From the NCBI GenBank assembly GCA_965207375.1, contig OZ242274.1, positions 1,216,001-1,280,000 of the forward strand: a stretch of DNA of 64,000 bases, written 5' to 3'. A program made the position numbers and the translations under genes. Below the pieces are notes generated by a model that saw only the letters and a list, made by a program, of their open reading frames with translations, had not been told where the DNA came from and made no database searches. This document shows positions 10,231 to 19,525 of this stretch, piece by piece (the stretch's first letter is position 1; each line of letters starts with the position of its first letter). This DNA is from Nitrosopumilaceae archaeon (GTDB lineage: Archaea > Thermoproteota > Nitrososphaeria > Nitrososphaerales > Nitrosopumilaceae).

Positions 10231-11502
10231 TTGAAAAAACACTTGAGTGATTCTATTAGGACAAATGAGACAAAAGAGAATGATGCTGCATTAATCTTGG
10301 AGGCAGGCATTGCTGCTGCCATGCCTTTTGCCATCCTGACTAAAATTCTCAAAAGAGGCAAAATCATCATAGGCAAAAATGTCATCAACACAGGCAGTTA
10401 CTGTGCAGTCCGAATAATCTCCTTTGGCAAGGCAGGTCTTTTGATGGCAAATGCATTTGACAGTAAAGTAAGGGTCAAAGATGGAATCGTGGTAATTCCA
10501 GAAGGAATTGAGATTCCTAAAAAATCAAAGTTTAAAATTATTTGCTCTACCCATCCTGATCCCGGAAAAAACAGCGTACAGGCTGCAAAGGCAATCCTCT
10601 CATTTATCCAAAAAACCAATCGCGACGAGCTTGTCGTATTTTTGGTCTCAGGAGGAGCCTCTGCACTAGTTGCGCTACCTGACAGAATCACACTTTATGA
10701 AAAAATTCAGACCGGCAAATTATTATTAAGATCTGGTGCAAACATTGCAGAAATCAACTGTGTGCGAAAACATCTATCAAAAATTAAAGGTGGCCACATG
10801 GTATCTGCACTTTGTTGTGATGCAGTTGCATTGTTGATGTCTGATGTAAAATCAAATGACATGACAACTATTGCCTCGGGTATGACATACTGTGATAAGA
10901 CGACATTTTCTGATGCATTAAAAGTGATTAAAAAATACAAATTATACACCAAAGTCCCAAAGGGGGTAATCACACATCTAAAGGCAGGCACAAGAAACAA
11001 GATTCCAGAAACTCCAAAAAATGCACAAATTAGAAATTTTGTGATTGCTTCAAACAAAAATTGCATCAATGCAATGAAAAAAAAGGCAAAAAAACTAGGA
11101 TACAATACAAAAACAACTACAATATTTGGCAAGGTTGAAAAGCAGGCAAAGGCATTGGCAAAGATTGCACCTAAAAAAAATATGTCATGTGTGATTTTTG
11201 GCGGAGAAACCACCGTACTTGTACGGGGCAACGGACGAGGAGGAAGAAATCAGGAGCTAGTGTTGCGCATTGCAGATAAAACACAGCATGATTTAATCAT
11301 AGGCTCGATTGGGACAGACGGAATTGACGGCAATACAAAATATGCAGGAGCCATGATACGCACATCAGAAATTGACAAATCCAAAATCGTGACATATCTA
11401 AAAAGTAACAATTCAAATGCATATTTTAAAAAGTTTGGCGGCCTGATTGAAACTGGTCCAACACAGACCAATCTGCTAGATATTGGAATCATGTTGTCAT
11501 AA
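10231..11502 (+). CDS. Glycerate kinase (MOFRL family)
   Basis: FGKAG, LVSGGASAL, VRKHLSKIKGG, GGETTV, GGRNQE, GTDGIDG, TGPTQTN motifs. Confidence 0.93.
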   Translation: MKKHLSDSIRTNETKENDAALILEAGIAAAMPFAILTKILKRGKIIIGKNVINTGSYCAVRIISFGKAGLLMANAFDSKVRVKDGIVVIPEGIEIPKKSKFKIICSTHPDPGKNSVQAAKAILSFIQKTNRDELVVFLVSGGASALVALPDRITLYEKIQTGKLLLRSGANIAEINCVRKHLSKIKGGHMVSALCCDAVALLMSDVKSNDMTTIASGMTYCDKTTFSDALKVIKKYKLYTKVPKGVITHLKAGTRNKIPETPKNAQIRNFVIASNKNCINAMKKKAKKLGYNTKTTTIFGKVEKQAKALAKIAPKKNMSCVIFGGETTVLVRGNGRGGRNQELVLRIADKTQHDLIIGSIGTDGIDGNTKYAGAMIRTSEIDKSKIVTYLKSNNSNAYFKKFGGLIETGPTQTNLLDIGIMLS

Positions 11503-11724
11503 AGTCATGTCTTGGTATAAATTGACCAAATACAAGTAATTAGGATTCATGTCATATATTAAAAATTTGTTTCATTAAAAATAATAAAAGCAAACACTTT
11601 TTGATAAAAATCAGAATATACTTCATATACATTGATAACTAAATTATATCATGATGCAACAAAAAACACGACGTACCGATTTGTATGCCTACAAATCTCA
11701 AGACATCAAAAGGAGGCATATGCC

Positions 11725-11973
11725 ATGACTCAGACAGTTTACGTGCTGATTCAGTGTGATCTTGGATCTGAGATTGATATTATCAAAAACATTGCAGATC
11801 TTGCAGAGGTCAACGAGGTTAGGGGAACATATGGAATTTACGATATTTTTTGCAAGGTGACAGCAGACACAAAAGAGGCAATAGACAAAATCATAACTGA
11901 AAAAATCAGGAGAGTACCTTATGTAAGGTCAACTATAACGTTGCACTCAATACCTTCACAAGGTGGAAAATAA
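11725..11973 (+). CDS. Lrp/AsnC ligand-binding (RAM) domain protein
   Basis: Start MTQTVYVLI preceded by aggagg; GTYGIYDIF motif. Confidence 0.85.
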   Translation: MTQTVYVLIQCDLGSEIDIIKNIADLAEVNEVRGTYGIYDIFCKVTADTKEAIDKIITEKIRRVPYVRSTITLHSIPSQGGK

Positions 11974-12213
11974 TTGATAGAAAAAAAATTCGATACAAAC
12001 AAACTATACAGCAAAATCATACATTACTATGTTGACAAAAAAGGATATAACAAACAAAAGGCCAACAGAATTGCACAATATGTAATAAAACGGGAAATCA
12101 ACAAAAGAATCTGCAAAAACCCTGACTGTAGCCATCTTTTTGAGGATCACATACGAAATGTGGAAACGTGTCTGATGCTTGATTGTGATTGTAGAGAATT
12201 TGTGAAACATTAA
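11974..12213 (+). CDS. Hypothetical protein with C-terminal Cys/His metal-binding motif
   Basis: CKNPDCSH...H...C..DCDC. Confidence 0.7.
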   Translation: MIEKKFDTNKLYSKIIHYYVDKKGYNKQKANRIAQYVIKREINKRICKNPDCSHLFEDHIRNVETCLMLDCDCREFVKH

Positions 12214-13169
12214 ATAAATCCGTCTAGAGTGTTTTGTTGTAATGGCTGTGCATCGATATCGTGTTTCCTGAGATAAGCTGCAAATTCGTTGACAAACCCG
12301 TGTATAGTGTACACCTTTTCGGCTTTGGATTTGATTACCATGTCTACTAGTTCGGCAAAATCACAATGATCACTTAGTGCAATAGAATAATCTCCACGTC
12401 TTCCAAACTGACAGCTGGTAGATTTTGCCCACCCTGTAAATCCAATTGTCAGTGCCCCATATTTTGACTTCATGTGTTTTACAAACTCGTTTTTTTCTGA
12501 CATCATGGGGGCTACCATTATCCATGGTTTTTTATCTAGCAATCCTTGTTTTTCGGCATCAGAATGTCCCATGGATTCTTTTAATTTCACTCCAAAACTT
12601 TTGTGTATTTCATTTACTTTCTTTACCGAATCGTGCAGATAAAACGGCTCCCAGTGTTGAAATAACTGTGTGATAGTTTGAGCCTTTCCTAACTGATACC
12701 CCATCAAGATTACAGGTATACCCTTAGAGTACAAATCAGAAATTATTCCATTGACCTGTTTTTGAATAACATTTATTGGAGGAAAGGAAAACTCTGGCAG
12801 CCCAAACGTACACTCTGTAATCAGAGTTTTGCATTTGGGGACACTACCTCCTGGCAAAAATCCTCTCTTTCTTGTACAGATATCGCCTGTATAATACACT
12901 CCCTTAAACAACAGCCCCCTAGCTCCAAGAATGTGGCCCGTGTCGTATAGTGACACATTGTCAAATTTAGCCACATGATTTTCCATAGTAAAGCCGCGCA
13001 AGCCTGCAATGTCTCTAGTTTCATTTGAGGCAAGAATTGTTCCTCCATTTTTACTCGGAAGATGATCCATATGTGCATGGGATACAAAATTCAGTCCGGG
13101 ACCTGCAGTTTTTGGATCCAAGGCTATCTTGATATTGTCTGCCTCACAGACAATTCCGTTTTCAGTCAT
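12210..13169 (-). CDS. Metallo-beta-lactamase/beta-CASP exonuclease
   Basis: Start trimmed to MTENG; SHAHMDH, GHILG, YTGD, ECTFG, SDHCD, IHG motifs. Confidence 0.9.
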   Translation of the reverse strand: MTENGIVCEADNIKIALDPKTAGPGLNFVSHAHMDHLPSKNGGTILASNETRDIAGLRGFTMENHVAKFDNVSLYDTGHILGARGLLFKGVYYTGDICTRKRGFLPGGSVPKCKTLITECTFGLPEFSFPPINVIQKQVNGIISDLYSKGIPVILMGYQLGKAQTITQLFQHWEPFYLHDSVKKVNEIHKSFGVKLKESMGHSDAEKQGLLDKKPWIMVAPMMSEKNEFVKHMKSKYGALTIGFTGWAKSTSCQFGRRGDYSIALSDHCDFAELVDMVIKSKAEKVYTIHGFVNEFAAYLRKHDIDAQPLQQNTLDGFI

Positions 13170-13310
13170 CAGTACTTTTGCACTCACAAAATCATGGCAA
13201 ATTAAATTTGATATAAACTGCAAGGTTGATTTGTTATACACAAATACTCAATGACATTTTGTAATTGATCTGTGTGGGCATATAATCAAGTGTCTTTTCT
13301 GTTGGCAGTA

Positions 13311-14310
13311 TAGTAAATTGAGTTGATATTAGTTAATTTTATAGACAGATCTAAATAGGAGAACTGTACTATTATAGGTGTGAAGAAAAAATTCCTTCCA
13401 AACATATCAAAAAATCGTTTGCGCAAGATGGAAAAGAACGAAAAAGATCCCAAAGCAAAAAAGATTCTACTTGCATGTATAGCAAAAAAAGAAAAAAAGG
13501 AATTAAAAGAAATTGCTCAAACGTTAAACACACCATATAATACGATCAGAGGATGGCTTCACCGTGTTTCAGAAGATGGATTAAAACACAGACATGACAT
13601 AAAAAACAAAGGAGCGGAATGTAAGCTTGATGACAAACAAATTGAAAAATTACTAAAGACGCTTGACAATGGACCAAAAGCAGCAGGTTACGAGTCAAAC
13701 CTATGGACATTGAGGCTGATAAACATGTACATCAAAAAAGAATTCAAAGCAGACTATCATGATGAATCAATATGGCAGTTGCTACGCCGACTCAAATGTA
13801 GACCTATTGTTCCTAGGCCACGCCATCCAAAATCTGCAACACCTAAAAAACGCAAGGCATTCAAAAAAAAGCTCATAGGGCAGCTACATATTGGACCAAT
13901 AAGGGATATACCGTCTAGTACAAGATGAAGCTCACGTGCAGATGAAAATCGTGCCCAGAAAGACATGGACCAGACAAAAAAACCCCTCAATATCTACCAA
14001 GGGCATGTGGGGAAACAAAAGAATCACCATTATGGGCGTTATCGGCAAAGACGGCAAACATTGTTTTGATTTTTACAATTCGGGAAACTGGGACAACACA
14101 AAGGATTTTCTTCTCAAGGTCTATAAACAATTTGGTCCCGTACTGATCTTTATGGATAATGCCTCTTACCATAAAAAACATGAACTCAGAGCTTTGACTC
14201 GCAAATTCAAGGGCAAGATGCAGTTTAGATTCCTGCCAAAACATACACCCGAACTTAATCCCATTGAACCGCAATGGAAAGGCTGTAAGGGTTGGGTGCA
14301 CAGTACCACT
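13311..14310 (+). mobile_element. IS630-family element, inactivated and right-truncated
   Basis: Left end TA|tagtaaattg. OrfA 13380-13928 (HTH, WTL, PRPRHPK); A8G slippery site 13863-13871; DDE frame VQDEAH...MDNASYH...PELNPIE. An extra frameshift lies near 13913, and neither a C-terminus nor a right IR was found. Confidence 0.88.
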
Positions 14311-14322
14311 AATACTCAGATT

Positions 14323-14838
14323 TTAATCCTCTATATCTGAATCAATATCTTCTGTGGAACGCAGAAATTTATCTGAATATGATGCTCCAAATCCTTTGAA
14401 GGAATTTCCTGATTTATCGGAAAATCGTTTTAACATGTCAGAATAAAACCATACATTGTCAAACGTGTAGCGTTGTTCTTTTGTTAATAGATCGATAATT
14501 CTATTGACGTCTTCTGATTTGTGATTTGTGTGCAAAATAAAAAATCGCTTATCACTGACATATAAGAAAAATTCATACACAGCGTTGGCAAAGTTGATTC
14601 GTAAAATTTTCATGTGTTGCAAACCTGTATCTGATACTTTACACGACATTTCATTTGTGTCTAATAGTGACGGAAATCCTTCATCTGATTCAAGTATGTA
14701 TGTCTTTAATTCTCGTAAACGTCCCTTTGTGGAATATTCTTTATCTTCATATTTTGGGGAATAAATTGTATTTTCCAAGTAATCCATAAACTCTTTGTTT
14801 GTTTGTACTAGTGGAAGTTTAGTAATGGTTGTTGACAA
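14323..14838 (-). pseudogene. Hypothetical protein, probably 3'-truncated at the IS630 junction
   Basis: 171-aa ORF ends abruptly where the IS630 transposase is cut off. Confidence 0.5.
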
Positions 14839-15092
14839 TATTTATCACCATAAATTAAATTTTTGAATGGGTACTTTAATCCTAAGTGTAGATTTCAAAT
14901 CATATGTCGTCTAACATACATCGTCTTGCTTTTCTGATTGCCCACCTGCTGTGTTTTTGTAGTATGTCTACTGGCATATTCTTAATTTCAACTTTTATCT
15001 TAGAAAATTTAATCTAACTTGATATCTGTAATACTTACATTTTACTACCTAAATATATGAAAAACTTTAGAAAATCCACATGTTGTAAAATT

Positions 15093-15374
15093 TTAAAATT
15101 TTGGTAGATTGAGCAGACTATCGTATGGGGAATCTGTACGCTCGGTTCTAATGTATGTAGGCTCTGCATTTTCAGGGGCAAGTTTTATCGAAACTCTAAT
15201 TCCTTCGGCTTCGATATAGAATGTATGGTGTAGTTTGTCCCTTCCCTTACCCTGTATCATTTTGATAATGTCTTCAACGGGAACTGATTTGCCATCCATT
15301 TTGACATTGGTGATTATTTGGCATTTTTTTTCAAGTCCTTTTTTACGAATGTGGGTGATTTTATGTCCGGTCAT
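15093..15374 (-). CDS. DUF3892-like protein
   Basis: 93 aa from MTGHKITHIRK, ending YIRTERTDSPYDSLLNLPKF, the typical DUF3892 tail. Confidence 0.7.
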   Translation of the reverse strand: MTGHKITHIRKKGLEKKCQIITNVKMDGKSVPVEDIIKMIQGKGRDKLHHTFYIEAEGIRVSIKLAPENAEPTYIRTERTDSPYDSLLNLPKF

Positions 15375-15454
15375 ACAATATGTCAGTATATGCAAGAATA
15401 AGAACTGTTCATTTACCGTATGAATTAATTGCAGGTCAAAATACGATAAAATAG

Positions 15455-16072
15455 TTGCTACAGTTGGGAATTTTAATATCGGGCCGTGGAAGTAATATGG
15501 AATCAATCTTAAAGGCAATAAAAAAGAAAAAAATCCAGGTTGCACCTGCCGTAGTTATTTCAAACAAAGTAGATGCAGCAGGCCTGAAAACTGCCCAAAA
15601 ACTAGGAGTTACCACCGAAATAATTCAAAGCAAGGGATTTGCAGGGTCTAGAACAGACTATGATATGGAGGTTATCCAGATACTCAAAAAACATGGCGTC
15701 ACCCCAAATAACGGACTAGTATGCTTGGCTGGATTTATGAGAATACTCAGCTCAGAGTTTGTAAAAAAATACAAAAACAGAATACTAAATATTCATCCTG
15801 CACTATTACCTGCATTTCCGGGACTAGATTCACAAAAACAGGCACTTGACTATGGTGTAAAATATTCTGGATGTACAGTTCATTTTGTTGATGCTAGAAC
15901 AGATACGGGTCCAATAATTCTCCAATCTGTTGTAAAAATAAAACAAAATGACACCGATAAAACACTATCTAAAAGAATACTACAGCAGGAACACAAAATC
16001 TATCCTCAGGCAATTGATCTTTTTGCAAAAAAAAGAATCAAAGTAATTGGCAGAAGGACAGTCATCATCTAA
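15455..16072 (+). CDS. purN: Phosphoribosylglycinamide formyltransferase
   Basis: ISGRGSNM, LAGFMRIL, NIHPALLP, GCTVHFV, DTGPII motifs. Confidence 0.97.
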   Translation: MLQLGILISGRGSNMESILKAIKKKKIQVAPAVVISNKVDAAGLKTAQKLGVTTEIIQSKGFAGSRTDYDMEVIQILKKHGVTPNNGLVCLAGFMRILSSEFVKKYKNRILNIHPALLPAFPGLDSQKQALDYGVKYSGCTVHFVDARTDTGPIILQSVVKIKQNDTDKTLSKRILQQEHKIYPQAIDLFAKKRIKVIGRRTVII

Positions 16073-16389
16073 GAATCAGAACCTCCAAAAAAATACAAGA
16101 CACGCAGCTCTTTTTTGTTACCATGAAAATAATGTCTTGTGTTTTTTGCAACAAAAAATATCTTGCCAGGAAAAACGGAATAGTCTCTATCTCTTATTCT
16201 CAGGTAGCCATCCCCTGATACAACATGGTAAATTTCGTCACTGTCATGTGGTTGCTGGGTGTCTTTTTGGCCTGGTTTTAAAACAAGTATGCCTGCAGCT
16301 AGATTCTGGCGGTTGATAAAGGTATGAAAATAAGAGTTGTCTTTTTTGATTTTATCAACATAGTCGTTGATGTTAAAATCTAATTTCAT
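16069..16389 (-). CDS. Cupin domain protein
   Basis: Start trimmed to MKLDF; QQPHDSDEIYHVVSGDG...HYF cupin motifs. Confidence 0.88.
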   Translation of the reverse strand: MKLDFNINDYVDKIKKDNSYFHTFINRQNLAAGILVLKPGQKDTQQPHDSDEIYHVVSGDGYLRIRDRDYSVFPGKIFFVAKNTRHYFHGNKKELRVLYFFGGSDS

Positions 16390-16670
16390 TGTGCAACTAC
16401 TTGATAAAATCGCGGTGTCGGCATTTGAGCCATGTGAAAAGTCATCTGTTTGTGCCATTTTGCATGAATCTGACTTTGATGCATCTTCTCAAAGGTATCT
16501 CTACTGTCGTGTTCTACTATGATACGAAAAGAGCCGTCTCCTGATTTTAAGAGTCGTCTGCTTACAAATCCCTCACATTGGCAAAGCTCCACATTGGCAT
16601 CTGAAAATGATTTTTCAAAATTCTTTTCTGCTCCCGGCTTTAGTTGAATGTCTACTATTGCAATAAACAT
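16386..16670 (-). CDS. Antibiotic biosynthesis monooxygenase (ABM) family protein
   Basis: LKPGAEKNFE, EGFVSRRLL, HQSQIH pattern. Confidence 0.85.
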   Translation of the reverse strand: MFIAIVDIQLKPGAEKNFEKSFSDANVELCQCEGFVSRRLLKSGDGSFRIIVEHDSRDTFEKMHQSQIHAKWHKQMTFHMAQMPTPRFYQVVAQ

Positions 16671-17021
16671 AATGTATCACTTTGGAGCTCTAATAATTGC
16701 GTTTGCAAACGCGTCTTTTTGGTAACTGATCGATTTTACACGTGCTATGCCTGAATCAAATGTAAAATTATAAATTTGACATTTTTTACACATGCTAGGC
16801 AAGTGTTACTAGAATAATTCAAGTTTACAGGTGGGTTTTTTTACCTAAATTCGTACAAATTGCAGGCGACGAAGGTAGATGTTGTATAACTATTAGATCG
16901 TCAATGGACCATGATTTGTTTTTGTTGGCTCAAAATTGAACCTGATTGTTAAACTCTTCTCAATTTTTAGTTATTTTGAAAGTTTCTTGATCAAGGAATT
17001 TCTATGATATTAGGTAGAACG

Positions 17022-17093
17022 TGGACCAGACGGGATTTGAACCCGTGACCTGCAAGTTCTTAGGTTGCTGTGCTGCCAGACTACACCGGCACA
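17022..17093 (-). pseudogene. tRNA-like pseudogene (apparent anticodon AAG)
   Basis: Perfect T-arm ACGGG-TTCAAAT-CCCGT, AGGTC variable region, 3' CTGGTCCA, D-arm GTGT...GCAC. The acceptor and anticodon stems have mismatches and about 3 nt are missing before the D-arm. Confidence 0.7.
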
Positions 17094-17494
17094 CAATCTT
17101 TATAAAATTAAGTCTTGTATTAAAATTAAGTTTTCGGCTTATTGCGCTAGGTTACACTAGCCTATTTTTTTAATTTCTGCCTATGTGTCTAACCTCATGC
17201 CGGTTCTTTTGTATTAATTGTTGATGGCAAGCAGGCCATAATTTACTCGAGTTGTCTCCGCCTAGATTACAATTTGGATATACATATCAATTACAGTAAA
17301 CAGGACCTAACGAATTTTACCAACATCTGATACAAAAAATCTTGAGTTTTGTTATTTTGTATATTTCTTGCAAATCAGTGCAGAAAAATAATAATGTGAT
17401 ATTGTGAATTTTTGCAAAAATTAAACACAAAAAACAAACAAATGTTAATTTTGTCCTAAACCATCTTTATCTTTTAGTAAATATACATTTTGAC

Positions 17495-17857
17495 ATGTCA
17501 ATTTTGATGCATGACGAATTTGAAGAAAACCGAACCCAAAAGGCATTGACAATGTTATACATTGACAGAAAAAATGAATTCAAAGAGCTTGCAGAAGCAA
17601 TAATGCACAAGGATCCAACCGTTGAACCAATAAAGGACTGGGAATATTTTATTCTCAACTTTTGTCTTGATGTAAGCAAGGAATTCAAATCTTGGATAGG
17701 CCAAACCGGAATTTTAAGGAATTCTGATCTCAAAGCCTTGACCATACTAAGACAGGTTGGCAAAGGGAAAACCTCAATGAATCAACTAACTCGGCTACTT
17801 AATGTGTCATATGATTTAGCAGAGGAATTTAAGGTAATTTATCGCAGAATAGAGTGA
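17495..17857 (+). CDS. Hypothetical protein
   Basis: 120-aa ORF with protein-like composition. Confidence 0.75.
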   Translation: MSILMHDEFEENRTQKALTMLYIDRKNEFKELAEAIMHKDPTVEPIKDWEYFILNFCLDVSKEFKSWIGQTGILRNSDLKALTILRQVGKGKTSMNQLTRLLNVSYDLAEEFKVIYRRIE

Positions 17858-18042
17858 CTATTCCATTTAGATTTGTTTTTCAATTAAATTGTTTTTTTGA
17901 GCATGTGTGCTTTTGATATACTCGATACATCTTGACTCTGAATTTGGTGTAAGACTTGAAATCTTGTAATATCATTGGATACTTGATGTTTTTTGATAGA
18001 TCTTTTTCAAGAATTAAATAGCAAACTGCCACAATTTATCTC

Positions 18043-18900
18043 ATGGTTGGAATAAAAATTGACGGCAAGCTAATTGCACAATCTGTAAAGGATAGAGTAA
18101 AACAGGCAGTAATACAATTAAAAAACCAGGAAGTGCAACCGTGTCTGGCTACTGTACTAGTTGGAAGTAATTGTGCCTCTGCCACATATGTTAGAAACAA
18201 ACACAATGCGTGTGCAGAGGTAGGCATTGCGACCCAAGATCACAAACTTGATGCAGACATTTCCCAGTCTCAATTAGATGAATTAATCTCAAAACTAAAC
18301 AATGACAAATCCGTTCATGGCATACTAGTACAGCTGCCATTATCCAAACAGTTAGACGAGTTTGTTACCGTTTCAAGAATTTCACCGCTCAAAGATGTTG
18401 ATGGCCTAACGCCACACAATGTGGGTCTGTTGGCAATGCAAAAGGCAGCACTAGTTGCATGCACACCCTCTGGAGTGATGGAGATGTTTGATTATCACAA
18501 TATTGACCTGCGTGGAAAAAACGTGGTGGTAATTAACCGGAGCAATTTGGTTGGAAAACCCCTGTATCACTTGTTGCTGGCAAGAAACGCCACAGTAATT
18601 ACATGTCATTCACAAACATCAAATTTAAAACAGCAATGTGTCAATGCAGATATTATAATTACTGCTGTAGGAGACCGGACAAAATTTACGCTTGTACCTG
18701 ATATGATAAAACAGGGGGCAGTTATTATCGATGTAGCAATTACGCGTCATAACGAAAAACTTGTAGGTGACACAAATTATGATAGCATAATACAAAAGGC
18801 ATCTTATGCCACACCGGTACCCGGAGGCGTAGGCCCAATGACTGTTGCAATGCTTTTAAAAAACACAGTTACTGCAGCCTCGCTTAGTCGACTTGGCTAG
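18043..18900 (+). CDS. folD: Methylenetetrahydrofolate dehydrogenase/cyclohydrolase
   Basis: YVRNK, GILVQLPL, KDVDG, CTPSG, RSNLVGKP, TPVPGGVGPMT motifs. Confidence 0.97.
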   Translation: MVGIKIDGKLIAQSVKDRVKQAVIQLKNQEVQPCLATVLVGSNCASATYVRNKHNACAEVGIATQDHKLDADISQSQLDELISKLNNDKSVHGILVQLPLSKQLDEFVTVSRISPLKDVDGLTPHNVGLLAMQKAALVACTPSGVMEMFDYHNIDLRGKNVVVINRSNLVGKPLYHLLLARNATVITCHSQTSNLKQQCVNADIIITAVGDRTKFTLVPDMIKQGAVIIDVAITRHNEKLVGDTNYDSIIQKASYATPVPGGVGPMTVAMLLKNTVTAASLSRLG

Positions 18901-19447
18901 TGTACAAAAGGCAGCGCTAAGAAAGATGCTGCTAGAAAAACGTGACAATACGTCTCATGATTTGATGGAGATTGCTTCGCGCAAAATTCACAACAATTTG
19001 CGCAAAATTTCTGAATTCCGACTGGCAACAAAAATCGGAATGTATTATCCTCTAGGAAGTGAAACCTTTACACAAAGAATAATGCAAGAGGCAATAAGCA
19101 AGGGTCTTGGGGTGTATTTGCCAAAGGTTATCCGAGACGATTTAGAATTTAGGCAGATCAGCGGATTTTCCAGCCTAGAATCTGGAAGCTTTGATATTAT
19201 GGAACCAAAAGACCGGTGCCCTATAGCTCCTAAAATGGAAACAGTTCTCATACCTGCAATAGGTGCCTCCGTAGACCGATACCGACTAGGATATGGACGG
19301 GGATTTTATGACCGGTTTTTGGCAAAAAATCAAACGGTCAAAATTGTACTGTGTTTTCAAAAGCAGATTGTAAAAACAATTCCAAAAGAGCCTCACGACA
19401 TACAGATGGACTATATAGTTACAGAACAAAGAATTTACAAATCATAA
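18893..19447 (+). CDS. 5-formyltetrahydrofolate cyclo-ligase
   Basis: KAALRK start, RLGYGRGFYDRFL, EPHDIQMDYIVTE. Confidence 0.95.
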   Translation: MASVQKAALRKMLLEKRDNTSHDLMEIASRKIHNNLRKISEFRLATKIGMYYPLGSETFTQRIMQEAISKGLGVYLPKVIRDDLEFRQISGFSSLESGSFDIMEPKDRCPIAPKMETVLIPAIGASVDRYRLGYGRGFYDRFLAKNQTVKIVLCFQKQIVKTIPKEPHDIQMDYIVTEQRIYKS

Positions 19448-19525
19448 CTCTAGTCCGAGGGTGTGCAAAACTTGGTCTTTTAGGTAGATTTGCCATTGAT
19501 TCATTTAGCTTAATTATGGCCTGTA

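Noticed and set aside
17140-17330. Possible HNH-nuclease remnant (GGDNSSKLWPACH on the minus strand)
   Set aside because: Too short and interrupted to support a call
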